Below are positions 25,301 to 39,291 of a stretch of DNA of 64,000 bases, piece by piece. Source of the stretch: Narcine bancroftii (lineage: Eukaryota). The first letter of the stretch is position 1; each line of letters begins with the position of its first letter. Location: the NCBI RefSeq assembly GCF_036971445.1, contig NC_091480.1, positions 28,830,001 through 28,894,000 of the forward strand, given 5' to 3'. Both the position numbers and the translations under genes were made by a program. Under the pieces are notes generated by a model. The model had not been told where the DNA came from, did not search any database, and saw only the letters and a list, made by a program, of their open reading frames with translations.

Positions 25301-28300
25301 TATAAAATTTTAAATAGGATTTTTTTTTCCCAGATGAAGAAAAGAGGACTGATTCCTTCTGTAGCAACCTACACTGCACTGTTCAATGCTTGTGCAGAAT
25401 CACCATGGAAAGAGACAGGCCTTCAGTTTGCCACGAAGCTTCGGGAAGAATTGCGGAGCAAGAATATCCGAATGAACTTGATTGCATACCATGCCATGCT
25501 GAAGTGCTATGCTGTCTGCAGCGATCTGAGGGCATGTTTTGATGTGGTCCGGGTAAGCACTTCCAAACATGCTGGCACTTAAAATCTGTCCTGACTTGAG
25601 TACCTATTAAATCATTCTTAATAAAGGCACACTGAAAGTAATTACAAGAACACATCATTTTCTTCTCCATTACCTCCTTTGAATTTTTAGGATAAACTGG
25701 TGTTATCAGACACATTCAACATTGAAATTGAACCCTCAAAGTTTAAATTTATTGTAAAGAGTGGATACATCACATACAACACTGAGTTTTTTTTCGCTGC
25801 AGACCAGACAGAATTTCTACTTGTACTGGACAACAAAGGTTTTGCTTCCTGAACAATTTTGGGTGTATTTTATTGATTGTGGGCTTCTGATCACAAAAAT
25901 CACCTTAAAATTTTCCTATCATGTGCTGTTTATTTAGATACTACCTATATATGTGAATTCCTGTCATCAAATATGACAGTATGTGTCATCAAACATACTA
26001 GTAGACTTCAAATATTGCCCACAAAGCGAGGTGTTTTGGTCAGTCCAAGCACTTAGTCCAAATGTTATGCGCAAATGTCTTGGCATTGGAAGGCATTTAA
26101 ATATGTTGTTGAGAATTTTCTTGGCAACTACAGAGCACCAAACTACATCCAGCCAATTTTATACTTCTGGTTTTCCTTTCTTAAAGTCTACAATCAGCTC
26201 CAAGCTGATCTTGGTGCAAACAGTGGCGATGTCCTGGTGAAAGGTTTCACCAGGACATTGCAACCATGGAAAAGCGGTATCTTGGCACGTGGATTCCAAT
26301 GCTCGTCGACTATCGTTGGACAGTGACTCGAGGCGTCAGGTGCTGAATACGAATGAAAATCAGCGGCAAAACATTTTTAGGTCAGTTGAACTATCACAAT
26401 GAGTCAGCATCATTATGTAATTAAACATACTAAATGTAATATTTATCCAACTTCCTAGGTGATCTAGCATATCTGAAATTATCTTTGTGTTCAGCTTGTC
26501 GTCTATCATAATACCCAAATTTTTTTCAGGAAGCAAATGTCTTGAAAAAGTTTGTTGACCTGAGTTATCAGTAACTGTAAACTATACTTGAGAAATATTC
26601 ATACAAGAGAGGAATATAAACAAACTTTACAAATACAGAGTGAAAAACAGACAATAATAAATGTGCAAAGTAAGACTCCTGAAATTAATCTCTAATTGAG
26701 TCTGTTGTTTAGGAGTCTGATGGTGGAGGGGGAGCAACTGTTCCTCAACCTAGTGGTATGAGTCCTCTAGCACCTATTCTTTGGCTTGGCTTCGCGGACG
26801 AAGATTTATGGAGGGGGTAAAAAGTCCACGTCAGCTGCAGGCTCGTTTGTGGCTGACAAGTCCGATGCGGGACAGGCAGACGCGGTTGCAGGGGAAAATT
26901 GGTTGGTTGGGGTTGGGTGTTGGGTTTTTCCTCCTTTGCCTTTTGTCAGTGAGGTGGGCTCTGCGGTCTTCTTCAAAGGAGGTTGCTGCCCGCCAAACTG
27001 TGAGGCGCCAAGATGCACGGTTTGAGGCGTTATCAGCCCACTGGCGGTGGTCAATGTGGCAGGCACCAAGAGATTTCTTTAGGCAGTCCTTGTACCTTTT
27101 CTTTGGTGCACCTCTGTCACGGTGGCCAGTGGAGAGCTCGCCATATAACACGATCTTGGGAAGGCGATGGTCCTCCATTCTGGAGACGTGACCCATCCAG
27201 CGCAGCTGGATCTTCAGCAGCGTGGACTCGATGCTGTCGACCTCTGCCATCTCGAGTACTTCGACGTTAGGGATGAAAGCGCTCCAATGGATGTTGAGGA
27301 TGGAGCGGAGACAACGCTGGTGGAAGCGTTCTAGGAGCCGTATACCACATTCCTGAAGGTAGCAGTGAGAACAGGGCATGTTCTGGGTAGTGTGGATCCT
27401 TGATAATTGCTACTGCTCTCTGACAGCGTTGCATATAGATGTTTTCAAAGGTGGGGGAGAGTTTTGCCTGTGACATACTGGTCTGTGTCCACTAGCTTTT
27501 GCAGGACTTTTCGCCCCGAGGTATTGGTGTCCCATACCAAGCTGTGATACAGCCAGTCAGCACACATTCATTACACATCTGTAGAGGTTTGCCAAGGTTT
27601 CCAGTGACATGCAGAACCTCTGAAACTCCAGAGGATGTAAAGGTGTTGACGTGCTTTCTCCACAATGACATTGGTATGATGGGTTCAGGAAAGATCCTCC
27701 GAGAAGTGACTCCCAGGAATTTATATTTGCTTGCCCTCTCCACCTCTGATCCCCCAATAATCACTGGATTGTACACTTCTGGTTTTCCTTTCTTAAAGTC
27801 TACAATCACCTCCTTGGTTTTGGTGACCTGGAGAGCTTGTTGTTAGTACAAGTTTTCAATCTCCTTCCTGTATCTGACTCATTGCCCCTTTTCAAACGGT
27901 CCACTGTGGAGGTATCAGCAAATTCGTAAATGGAGGTGTTGTTGTACCAAGCCACATAGACATGGGTGTAAAGTAAGAAGAACAGGGGGTTAAGTATTTA
28001 ACCTTGTGGTTCTCTGGTTCTGATAGAGATGTGGATAAGATGTTCTTACCAATCTGTACTGATTGTGGTCTGGAGGAGAAGAAATCCAGGATCCATTTAC
28101 ACAGTGGGGTTTTGAGGCCTACATGTTTGAGTTTGCTGATGAGTTTTATGGGGATGATGGTGTTGAATGCTGAACTATAGTCAATAAAGAGCATTCTGAT
28201 GTATACATATTTGCTGTCCAAATGTTCCAGGATTTTGTGTAGAGCCAGAGAGATGCATCTACTGTAGACCCATTGTTGCTGTAGACAAATTGAAATAAAT

Positions 28301-31300
28301 CCACGTTGCTGCTCAGGCAAGAGCTGATATGCTTCAACACCGGCCTCTCAAAACACTTCCTCATTGTGGATGTGAGGGCCACTGGTTGGTAGTATTTTTG
28401 GCAGGTTACCACTCTCTTCTTGGGCACCAGTAAGATTAAGGCTTTCCTTGAGACTCTCTATAAAATACACTCCTTTAATTAGGTTTTTAAACAACCTTCC
28501 TGTTATCCTTCTCAAGTATATTTTATTTCTTTATACCTGTAAAGTACTTTAAGGTGCTGCCTTTGTTAAAGGCATAATATAAATAAAAGTTTCAGTTTAA
28601 TATATTGCAGGAAGTGATTTTGAATTTATGCTGAACATTCATCAGTTTCTACTTGGTGTGTCATATATTTAGATATCTACTTCATTGGAAGGGATTTCAA
28701 TTAATTTAATAATTACCAAAGTACAGTGAAAAGCTTTCTTTCAAGTGTTGTAAAAACCTAGCAGAGAGTTGGCAGGTTCCAGTGCCATTTTGCAAAAAAA
28801 GAGAAAAATAACCATTCTTCAGACACAGCATGTAGTTGGGGATCACAGTCTCCTCTAATGTAGCTATCTGATGAACATTTTCTAAAGTGCATCAGGATCA
28901 ACAAGATGTATAATAATGCATAATGGTGGCACTTTTGACTAGAATAGCAAATTTTAGAGGAGTTAAGGGTTTTGTTAAAATATTCCTGGACTACATTATA
29001 TATGTGCACGTGAAAGTTTCAGCTAATTATGCCTTGTTACTGCATTTCTTACCAGAGTTGATTTGTCTCTTTATTTTTCAGGAAATAGTTCACAGTGGTC
29101 TTGAGATTAATGTAGAAACATTCAGCACTTTAATGATTGGCAGCATTAAGGACACTGACAATGGCTTTAGATATTCATTACAGGTAATCAGAGCATCGTT
29201 TTCCTCTGTTTCCTCCCAGCTTTGAATTTGCAGGATAAACTGGAGTTACCAGAGGCAGTCTCATGACCCGCTGGAACTGACAGTGGGGAATCCAACAACC
29301 TCCACCCTGCTGTACTATTTGTTAAGTAGCACTGTTGAATGTATTGATCTACCCTGTTTGTTCTGTATGATGGCTGACATATTGATCTTACTACTCAGTA
29401 TGCTGGTAAGTCACCATATACCAGGGGCTTATTGTAGAAAGTGTTAATCCTTCTCTTCCTTTTATCTCAATGGTTTTCAGAAAATGAAAGAATAACTTCT
29501 GTGTAAGAACAGTAATTGTACTAAATGTCCTAGCTTTCACTGAAACATATTCGAGCAGCAAGAAGTAAATATTATAAGATGCTGCTTTTATTGTTTATTG
29601 CATTTCTAATTCAAAAACAATTTCAGTTGGCTAATAAGGGGAACAGACAGAAGGCAAATCTTTCAGAAAAAAATATTACTGCAGATAAAGCCAACACTAA
29701 GCTGATCTTAGCCGAGATTCGACACTGAGAATGAGGACTTGACAAAGACCAATGCACCACAGTGTGCCAAGTTAAGGAATGATCAATGATCATTAGTACA
29801 GCTATTCGTGAAGAGTCCAGAACATTTTGAGTGGTGGTTGACCAGCCCTATAATTTTGTTAGAAGAATGCATAATAAAAATAAAGAATTTGCTATCTTCT
29901 GGACTCAAAGATGTTTAAAATCAATTAAATACTTTTTTGAGGTGCATATTGTGATCATTCAATCCTGTTTTAGTGGATTAGCTGAGGCTGAACCCAGCTA
30001 GAACTCTCTTCAAATAGTGAGAAGCAATTACTGATATCCACTTGTGGAAAAAGAAGAAATCTTTATTTAACGCCTTTATGTTATGACTCATTCCTCTTGC
30101 AGTATTATGATGAATCGATAGTGTGTAATATATATTTGCACAAATTTGTTATCTGGCTTGAATCCACATTCCCAATGCTTCAGATGAAAATGGTGACACT
30201 AAGACAGAGGTAAAAACTATGTCCAAAAGCTTTCTTTTAAATGAATCCATGAAACTTAATTCAATAAATCAGTGATTGGCTTGGGCAAACAGGTTTTTAA
30301 GGCTATGCTTTATTGCAATGTCCTCTCCAAGTATGATCATCGACGCCACAGGCTTTTCACCAGAAAATGTATCTTTATCTTGAATTGAATTTCTCTTGCA
30401 GATTTGGCGAGAAATGTTGAAACTAGGAATTCGGCCTGATGCCAAGAGCTACAACCTGCTGCTAAGGGCTGCCAGAGACTGTGGTATAGGGAACCCTATA
30501 GTGGCCTCTCGCACACTGTTGAGTGGTGGTGATAGGATCTGTCAATTAAAGCACTACCGAAAAGTTCAGAAGCTTAGAGGTCAGAAAGGTGGAAGAAACA
30601 GCAAAAACACAGCCAGTTTGACTGTTGATGTATTGGAAGAGCAGTTGTTTGGTCTATCTTCTGAGGAGCTTCAGGGGAGCACATCAACATCTCACAGAGT
30701 TTCTGAAGCTGAGTGTGAGCACAGTAATGCAACTTCATCAGAACTGATTGAAACACCAAAACTTCCATCCAAAAGTAGCCAAGAGACAGAAATGGCACCA
30801 GGACAACGACCTCTGGAACTTATTCCCAGGAATGATATTCTTCTGGTTGATTTGGAGCCCAACATGGTTCCTCAAAATAACCTTCCACCTAATCTACTCA
30901 ACATCCAGGTCAACAAGAAGGACCTCATTTCTCTTGGAGAAGCAACTGCACCACATGATAGACTAGCACTGATCGGATATTTGAATGGATTTCTAAGTAA
31001 AATGAAGGAAGACCATGTGATTCCAGATATTAAAACTTTCACACTGTTAGTTGACATAGTCGAACCAAACAGCTTGTCTGAGTCCTCTTTGCTGGCCCTC
31101 ATGGATGAGCATGGTGTGAAGCCAGACATTTCGTTCTTTAACAGCTTCATTAGAAAAAAGAGCAGGTTGGGTGATCTGGAAGGTGCAAAGGTAAGTGATT
31201 ATCTGGTTAGTGCTTCAAGCTAAGACAATCATGGCTTAGTGATCAGAACATGTCTGTAGTCAAAAAAATCAAACATTGTCAAATGTATGACAATTATTGT

Positions 31301-34300
31301 TTGTGTACAATTCAGTGATTCCTGGTTTTCTACCTGAATGTCTTCCATGAACCATCATTTACTCTTTTCATTAAAAATAAAAACCTAAATGGAATCTGCT
31401 TGGATCTATGAGAAACTAGATAAACCCAAATCATGCAAAACATATAGGCACAAATGTCTCGATATGATTATTTTGACACATGATTTCAAAGCTATAGTAT
31501 CTCAAAATGTCAATGACTCATTGAGTCCTTCGTTACCTGAAATTGTTGCAAATACCATATATTTCAGCTTATAAATAGTGTTGTGAAACCCGAAAAAAAC
31601 TTTTTTAAAAATGGGGGTTGACTTGTAGGTCAGTTATACTTTTGAGACCTTAAATTCAGCTCAAAATTCAATCAGCGCTGATCAGATGTACAAGTCGACC
31701 CTTTGGAGAAAAAAAATCTCAACTGCAACAGATTTTCATTGAGATTTTTATTGAAAACAACATAATTAGCACATTTCAAAATCACTCTCATTTTCTGAAA
31801 ACAACAACCTATTTAGGACCCTTCAGAATCACTCTCACTATCGTCGTCTGAAGCAATGATGGCAGCAAGCACATCTATTCTCTCACTGTTTAAACAGCCA
31901 TCATATGGGACCCAGTCTGTATCCGATGAGGCAGTTTCAGCTTTGACATCAGTCTCCCACAATAAATCATCCATGCATCAATTGCACAAGAGATACTAGA
32001 CTTTTTAAATTATTTTATGACAGTCTCTAACTTTGTCCCATGCCTTGAGCATGAAGTTACACAGCACATCAAGTGATGGAGCACGCATTGCCCCACCTTT
32101 TGAAAATTACTTTTCTGCACTCGACATCCATGTATTCCATTCCTCATGCTGTTCAAGCAGACATCGAGAGGTTGCAATATTGATGTTAAACCAGCCGGGT
32201 TTACCACCATGTAAGTATTATAAAGTATTACACTTTGTGTTTTCTGTTAAGTGGCTACAAAATGTTCACTCCTCCAACTTGAATGGCCCCATGTTGACTG
32301 CTGTTAGGTAGTTTTTTTGGCATAATTTTCTTTGTATTGTTGCTGAGTAACCCATTTATCTTTAACTTCTTTTATAATTAAGTAATTTTATTTCATCGAC
32401 TCCAAAAAGGGAGCACATTGGGAAACTAAACTCCAATGTCCAAATGATAGGAGACTCAGTGGCATACTGATCCATCAGAATCTGTTTTAAAACTCTTAAC
32501 TTGTATCACACTGGGATCTTCCTTGTGTTCTTGTCAAAAAGACATTATGCACATACTCAAAATACAGATTGCTTTTTAACCTAAATATTGTACCATTCTG
32601 TACAAAATACTTCTGTGTAGATGGATTTTGTATACTAGTGCCAGAAAGAACACTGCCTTTTCTCCCATTGAGCACCCCAGGCTGAATTACCTCTTGGTTA
32701 TGCCAATCCTGCCTACCCATGTGTCAATTCCTTCTTCATTTTTACATAATTAGGACCATCCTGGATTCTAATTTAAATCACCACATCTGTGGTGTGAGTT
32801 CTTACTTGCCAGAAGTTAGACGGTAGCTGTCCAAATTAATTTCATTCAAAACCATTACAGGAAGCAGACTCCTGAGTCTTGATGTAGAGTTTCGGGCCAC
32901 AACTTTGACATTTTTTTTTTCTTCCATTGATGTTGTTCTTCCAACAGATTGTGTATTGCTCCAGATGTCATCATCTGCAGCTTCTTGTGTGTCTCCAGCA
33001 GACTTGTGCTGTCGGGCTAATCTGGATTGGAATGTAGATGTCTGAGCTCAGCTACCGGTTACATTTATTACCAATGGCCTTTGCTCAATTTCCATTCCGA
33101 ATGTAGCAGAGGTGTAACAAGTTGTTCCTTCTTGGAAACCAATAATAATGTTTATTCCCTTTTAGGCTTTACTACCAGTTATAGTTGAGCGCAAGTTATC
33201 GCCAACCATGCACACCTTCTGCAACCTTGCAATAGCTTGCAGGAAAGAGCGTGATGGACTGAGACTCCTCCATGACATGAAGGTAATGTCTAACAATTTG
33301 TTCTTAACCATATCTGGAGTGTTTTTGTATGAAATGGAGAAAGAGTTCTAAAGGCACTTTCAGTAATTTTTTGTTTTAGAATTTAGAACAGTACAGCACA
33401 GGAATGGGCCCTTCAGCCCACAATGTCTGTGCTACTACAATGCCACATTGAATTAATCCCATCTGCCTGCACATCATCCATATCTCTATATTTCCTACAT
33501 AATTTAATCCAAATGCCTCTTAAATGTCACTGTTATATCTCCAATCAGATTTATGGTCAGAGTACATACATCCCTGAGATTTCTTTTCTCTCCGGGTGTG
33601 ACAGAATTACCACTAATTGGTAGTGCAAAAAATAAAACTGTACACAGTGTAGTGTAAACAAAGTAAACAGAATGTATGTAAACAGACTGCGCAATGCAGA
33701 GAGAACAAAAAGAAAATCAATAAAGTGCACAAGTATGTCCTGAGTTTGTTGTTGAGGATTCTGATGGTGGAGGGGGAGCGGCTGTTCCTGCACCTGGTGG
33801 TCGACTCTTGTGACACCTAGACCTCTTTCCTGATGGCAGCAGGAGAATAGGGCATGTTCTGGATAGTCTGGGTCTTTGATGATTACTGCTGCTCTCCTTC
33901 CACAACTTTTCATCCCACAACCAGAAGCAGCACTCTAGGCACCTCCTACAATTTGTGCAAAATAGATGCTGCATTTTACCCTGAAGCTAAACCTATCTAT
34001 CCTATATGTGCCTTTCATAATTTTATAAAATGTTATTAGATCTCCCCTCAGCCTCCAAGGCTCCAGAAAAACAATCCAATTTTGTCCTAAAAGATGCTAA
34101 AATGACAGAAGGAGAAGAAGACGAAATGAACTGACCCAGTATGTAAAAGTAGAAGACACAAATTTCTTGTTTATTTTCATTGTGTGATGACATTTGTTTA
34201 ATGTATCATATAGGTTGAACGTTGAATGGGTGGGGAGGGGGGGTGAAGGAGGGAGGGAAGGGAGGGGGGAAAAGGGGAGAAAATGACACTGTGTATATTC

Positions 34301-37300
34301 AAGAGGGAAATGTTTGTGTGTATTTTGGTTAGTATGGTTCATAGTGTGAAAAATCAAAAAAAAATTTTTTAAGATGATACTCACTAATCCAGGCAACATC
34401 CCAGTGAATTTTTATGTACCATTCCCAAAGCATCCATGTGCTTCCTGTAATGTGGTAACCAAATTGTACAAATACTTCAAAAGTGGCTTAACCAAAGTTT
34501 CATACAGCTGCAGCACGACTTCCTGGCTTTTGAACTCAGTGCTGCAACAGATAAAGGCAAGCATGCTCTACAATACCACCGTATCTACTCGTATTGCCGA
34601 TTTTCAGTAAACTATAGCCCTGCATCCTAAGATTTCTCTGAACATCATTGCTCGTGTCCTACTGTATACTTCTCACTTTCTTTCGGCCAGTCAAATTTCA
34701 TCATTTCACACCTACTTGGATTAAATTTGTAATTTCTCTGGCCATATCATTCACATACTCCTGTATCCTTTGACAATCTTCTTCAATATACATGACTCCA
34801 TCAATTTTTGTGTCATTTACAAATTTTCTAATAAGCCCATCTATGTTTTCTCCAAATTATTTATATACATTCTAAAATTAGTATGACATGACAATAACGA
34901 AACCGGAACCTGTACCTTGAAATCAGAAACGACAAAGAACTCCACAGGTCACAGGTCTCTAGTCCTCTCCATGACTACCCTCTATTGTCCATGACTTGAA
35001 AATATAGATTGAAGAGCAGGAATATCCTTTCAGGAACAGAATGAAAATCAAGAGTTCATCTTACTTGCTCCTGAGCGTTTTCTAGGAATTGGTTTTAAGA
35101 ACCATAGCAGTGCAGTGTTTGGGAGTTGCTGGTCAGGCCTAGTTACCCATTCCTAATTATTGATTTGATTAAATGGTTTCACAACCCATTTGAGAGAAGT
35201 TTAAAGTCAACCCATATTGCTATAGATTGAGAAGTCACATTTAAGTGGCCCAGGTTAGGATTCAGTTTTCCCTCAATAGAGGACATTCCTGAACCAGATG
35301 TTCTGATGAACAATCATGTTTTTAAAACAATCTGGTAGGTTCATAATTACAATCACAGATAACAACTTTTTAATTCCAGATTCATTTAAGGTATAATTTT
35401 CAAGTACTATGAAGGGATTTTAATGCAGTACATCTCTGAATCCTTGACCAGGAACATGTATTGCTAGTCCAGAAGCATTCCTGTTGTCGTGCAATATATG
35501 GTCAGAGTATATTGAAGAATACATTGATATTCTTGAAAATTAATAGGATCAGTGCAATTAAATAAACTGGTTATCCAGCTCGCACAGACAAATCAAACTT
35601 AAAAAAAAAATTGAACAGAGAAAAGCAAAAAACAGTAAATTTGTGTTAATCAATCAAATATTTGGAACTAGTTTCAATAACCATACTTTACTAGAGGATT
35701 TTTTACTTAAATGTCTGTAATCTCTTCATACTTAGCCAAAGTTAAAAATTACCCTGTTGCCCACAAAGTCACAAAAATCAATCTTATGGAATAAACACAA
35801 AAATAGACCATCAGTTGTGAACCTAGAAGATCACAGATGAATAGTTAATTGATATGCTTGAAATGGAAAGCTTCGGATACTTTTTTGGGAAGTAAAATGA
35901 TCATTATCAGGGGCAGAACGATTCCATCAGGTTAAGGGAATAGGAATTAAGTTTGATAAGTGGACAAAGGCACAGGTTGGTCAGAAGACACTGTGTCAGA
36001 TACAAATATTGAAAGAGAATCCATTTGAAGCACTTTGAGCTGCAGTGGGACACGAGTTTCCTTGATGTGTAATATTTTGTCCATAGCTTTCAACTCCACT
36101 CCCCACTTAATCTACAAAAAGCGACCCATTTTCAATGTCATTTAGGTCCTCTGTTGTTCTTGTCAACCCACTCTTTCTAAAAATCTTTGGCAGAGAGGAT
36201 ATCTGTATTGTGATTTATTTCTGATAGGCATGAATCAGAGTGGAGTACAGTCACACAGTTGAGTTGATTATAAAGACGGCACACAGCCACAGGGGGTGTT
36301 TTGGGCAACTGCAACCCTGTGTGTTTGGAAGTGAAAGGACATTATCAGGCTAACGTTTTTTGCTTAGCATCACAAAACCACTACTACATAAATCACAATA
36401 TTCATTTATTTTCCCCTTTAGTAGTTCATCCAGGTATTCCAAAATTGCAGCATTAATTGAAATTTTTACTTTATTTCAGCTCTCTGGAATAACCCCCAGT
36501 GTCAATGTCTACAGTACTCTGATCAACAATGCTTCAAAACGATTAGACTATGTGTACCTTACTAAGATCCTGCAAGACATGGCAAGAAACCAAGTACCAC
36601 CCAACGAGGTTGTCCTAAAACAACTGGAATTTGTTGTCAAATACCCTCCAAAATTTGACAAGGTTTGTAATGGACATTGACATTTTTAGAGGATTTTTTT
36701 AGTGCAAGCTATAAAAGAAATAATTATATATTAAAACCTTTGATATCCAGCACCTATGGGGATTAGTAGATGCCAGATAAGTGAACTTTACAGTTTCTTG
36801 AGGTTGATTCTATGTGGCATGATTGCCGAATTAATGGTGAGGTGAGCCAATTTTAAACTTCCATATTTTTTAACCTATTTATTTTCCGCAACTTTTTGTG
36901 CCAGTTGCTTGAATTTCAGATAACAGTGCTATCGAAAGGGGACAAAGTAGTTTAATGTGTATTTTCTGAAATTGCATTTCAGAGGCTTTGTTGCCTTGAT
37001 CAGCACAAAATTGCATAATATTCCTGATTATAAGCATAATTCAGTTGGGAAAAAAATTGAGACTAAATTCTCTCAGATATGCAGCACATATACACTGAAT
37101 TATCAGTGGTTCACATATAATGTAGCAGTTCTCTTATGCAGTACTGTACTGCACAAAGCTGGAAAGGGTACACAAGCTTCTTGAGAATGTTGCCAGGTCT
37201 TGCTGTGGCGTGGTGGAAGGAGGAGAGGAGAGGGAAGTAGTCAACAAAATCTGCAGATGCAGTAATTGTAGTTTACACAAAAATGCTGGAGAAACTCAGC

Positions 37301-39164
37301 AAGTCACTCAACAAATTTAAAGATACATAACCAACATTTCAGGCCTGAGACCTTCATCAAGGTAAGAGTGAAAAATGCAGGCAGACACCTGAATAAAATT
37401 GAGGGGCAGGGGGAGAAGCATTGGTCCACAGATAAGAGGACATAAGTGGATATGGGTGGGAGGGCACGAGAAAAAATCTGAGAAGTTATGGGGAGGGGGC
37501 ATAGCTCTCTCAAAGGAGAGAAGGGGGTTGAGAACTTGGGGAAAGGAGACAATGCTAGGAATGGAGGAAGACATGGAAATGGCTTAACAGAAACTGGAGA
37601 AGTCTATGTTAGTGCTATCCAGTTGGAGAGAATCGAAATGGAATATTAAACTTGGTGGCCTTGGTATAGCAGTACATATTGACGCAGGAATGAGTCATGG
37701 AATTGAAATGGTTGGCCACTGTGAGATCACCTCCATTGCTGTGGACAGAGCGAAGGTGCTCAATGAAAGTATCTCCCAGTCTGCATTCAGTTTCTGATGT
37801 GGAGAAGGCCACAATGGGAGCACCAGATGAACTCTATAGGTTCACAGTGTTGTTTCACGGGGAAGGACTATTTGGTGCCCAGAATGGTGGTGAGAGAAAG
37901 GTGTGGGTACAAGGGTAGGTACCAAGGAGGTGATTAGTGGGAAGGGATGAGTGGATGAGGAAGTCACTGAGGGATCCATTCTTGCAAATATAGGATGGGA
38001 AGATGTTCCTGGTGAATTTGAGGGGCATAGATAAAGTTAATAGTTGTTAGCCTTTCTTCCCCCAGAGCAGGGGAATGTAAAACTAAAGGGCATAGATTTA
38101 AGTTGAGAGGGGAATTATTTAAAAGGGATCTGAGGGACCCCTTCATCGAGGGCGTGAAACAAGCTGCCAAAGGTTATAGTAGAAGCAGGGACAATTGTCG
38201 AAGGGACATTTGAACAGATAGCTCGATGGAAGGCTCAAACCTGAAACATTGGTTATGTATCTTTATCCTTGCTGAGTTTCTCCAGCATTGTGTTTTTATA
38301 TTTAGACAGGCATATTAATAAGGAATTATTGAAATGATGTGGGCTGAATATTTGATCAACACTGACAAGATGGGGCCAAGAGCCTGTTTCGCTGCTGTAG
38401 AAGTCATCAAGTCTAAAAGGGAAATACAGGTTTCACCAAACCACAAAAAGTAAATTTGGAGTTTGGTCATACTGATTAAGAATATTAAAAGAACAGAACT
38501 CAATACCTACTATAACACTTATTTAGTGTCTCTGGAACATGCAACGAATTTAGTGACTGGAACATGCAAATAAGACTGCTTTGTGTTCTCCAGTCCACGT
38601 GGCATTTACAGAAAGAGCCATCATATTAGAAAACTTAGCAGTTATATGTAAAAGGCAGCAACAGGAAAAAAGTACACGAGCCCATGGAGTTTCTGCAATT
38701 CACTACTACCCTTCATTGATCATTATTTAGTCAGCCTAGTTGTATCAAAATAATAATGTGGTGGACAAATTTGTCCCAAATTAATGGGACATGATTATTA
38801 CCTTTTACACTTAAATTATGGCATTTGGCTCAGCTATTTTATACTGTAGTCCATAATCAACATAATTTTGCTTCTTACCCCATTTATTTCTTGGAAGAGG
38901 CTGGCTATCAGTATAACAGTATCTGCAGACTTGTTCAACTAGTATAACACATAATGTTGTTCAAATTCACAAGCTTTGAAAGAGGACTGACAATTTCAAT
39001 TTGTTTTTTAGTACAAGTCAAGGAATGTCTATCTTGAAAAAATTGATGGTTTTCGAGGCTATTACTATCGCTGGTTAAACTTTATGCCTGCAGTGGAAAC
39101 ACCACATCCGTGGGCAAAGTACAGAATTAAGACTGATGTTCCTGAAGAACTAAGTCGATCTTGA
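21832..39164 (+). CDS. PTCD1: Pentatricopeptide repeat-containing protein 1, mitochondrial, spliced, 735 aa; coding exons 21832-22335, 24692-24832, 25334-25552, 29082-29183, 30402-31190, 33166-33282, 36480-36662, 39012-39164
   Basis: PPR motifs ([58 protein letters not shown]), [18 protein letters not shown] and the C-terminal [17 protein letters not shown]; all phase-0 GT-AG introns; position between CPSF4 and BUD31. Start ATG is inferred. Confidence 0.96.
22610..23340 (-). mobile_element. CR1 LINE 3' fragment in a PTCD1 intron
   Basis: QKDLRVLVH...[31 protein letters not shown]. Confidence 0.85.
24692..24832 (+). CDS. PTCD1: PTCD1 coding exon 2
   Basis: [47 protein letters not shown], 141 nt, tag/gtgagt. 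Confidence 0.96.
25334..25552 (+). CDS. PTCD1: PTCD1 coding exon 3
   Basis: [25 protein letters not shown]...CFDVVR, 219 nt, cag/gtaag. Confidence 0.96.
26640..28440 (-). mobile_element. Rex1/Babar-type LINE, interrupted by an RTE insertion
   Basis: [54 protein letters not shown] motifs. Confidence 0.88.
26779..27341 (-). mobile_element. 5'-truncated RTE LINE nested in the Rex/Babar element
   Basis: [19 protein letters not shown]...[12 protein letters not shown]; nearly identical to 18591-19433; host element sequence resumes on both sides. Confidence 0.93.
29082..29183 (+). CDS. PTCD1: PTCD1 coding exon 4
   Basis: [34 protein letters not shown], 102 nt, cag/gtaat. Confidence 0.95.
30402..31190 (+). 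CDS. PTCD1: PTCD1 coding exon 5
   Basis: [13 protein letters not shown]...[10 protein letters not shown], 789 nt, cag/gtaagt. Confidence 0.95.
31555..32225 (-). mobile_element. pogo/Tc2-like DDE transposon remnant
   Basis: [16 protein letters not shown] motif typical of DDE_1 transposases; TIR-like ccatatatttcagcttataa after TA at about 31555. Confidence 0.7.
33166..33282 (+). CDS. PTCD1: PTCD1 coding exon 6 (not in the ORF track)
   Basis: [39 protein letters not shown], 117 nt, tag/gtaat. Confidence 0.94.
33555..33900 (-). mobile_element. Rex1/Babar 3' end
   Basis: [17 protein letters not shown] motif and shared 3' UTR. Confidence 0.75.
34098..34365 (+). mobile_element. L1 3' UTR fragment inserted in a minus-strand CR1 remnant (about 33980-34860)
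   Basis: Reverse-complement similarity to 16190-16440, G-rich tract and A-rich tail. Confidence 0.8.
36480..36662 (+). CDS. PTCD1: PTCD1 coding exon 7
   Basis: [18 protein letters not shown]...YPPKFDK, 183 nt, cag/gtttg. Confidence 0.95.
37245..37995 (-). mobile_element. Penelope-like retroelement remnant (GIY-YIG endonuclease region)
   Basis: [17 protein letters not shown]...VANHFNS resembles the GETxRxLxxRFxEH motif of Penelope endonucleases; the end motif (ctgcagatgc..aatgctgga) recurs near 7170-7230, 15300, 23800-24000, 54870-54990 and 61950. Confidence 0.75.
39012..39164 (+). CDS. PTCD1: PTCD1 last coding exon
   Basis: [50 protein letters not shown] then TGA. Confidence 0.95.
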   Translation, partial: YKSRNVYLEKIDGFRGYYYRWLNFMPAVETPHPWAKYRIKTDVPEELSRS

Positions 39165-39285
39165 ACCATGAAACTGGAGAACACCGCAGAAAATGAAAGA
39201 TCAGTTATAAAATTCAACTTTGTCAATCTTTGGCCCTTTGTTTCCAAAGAATTTATTCACTGCTGCTGCTCCCTGTGTCTGAGGG

Positions 39286-39291
39286 AATAAA
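39286..39291 (+). terminator. Probable PTCD1 polyadenylation signal
   Basis: First AATAAA after the stop codon, about 120 nt downstream. Confidence 0.6.
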
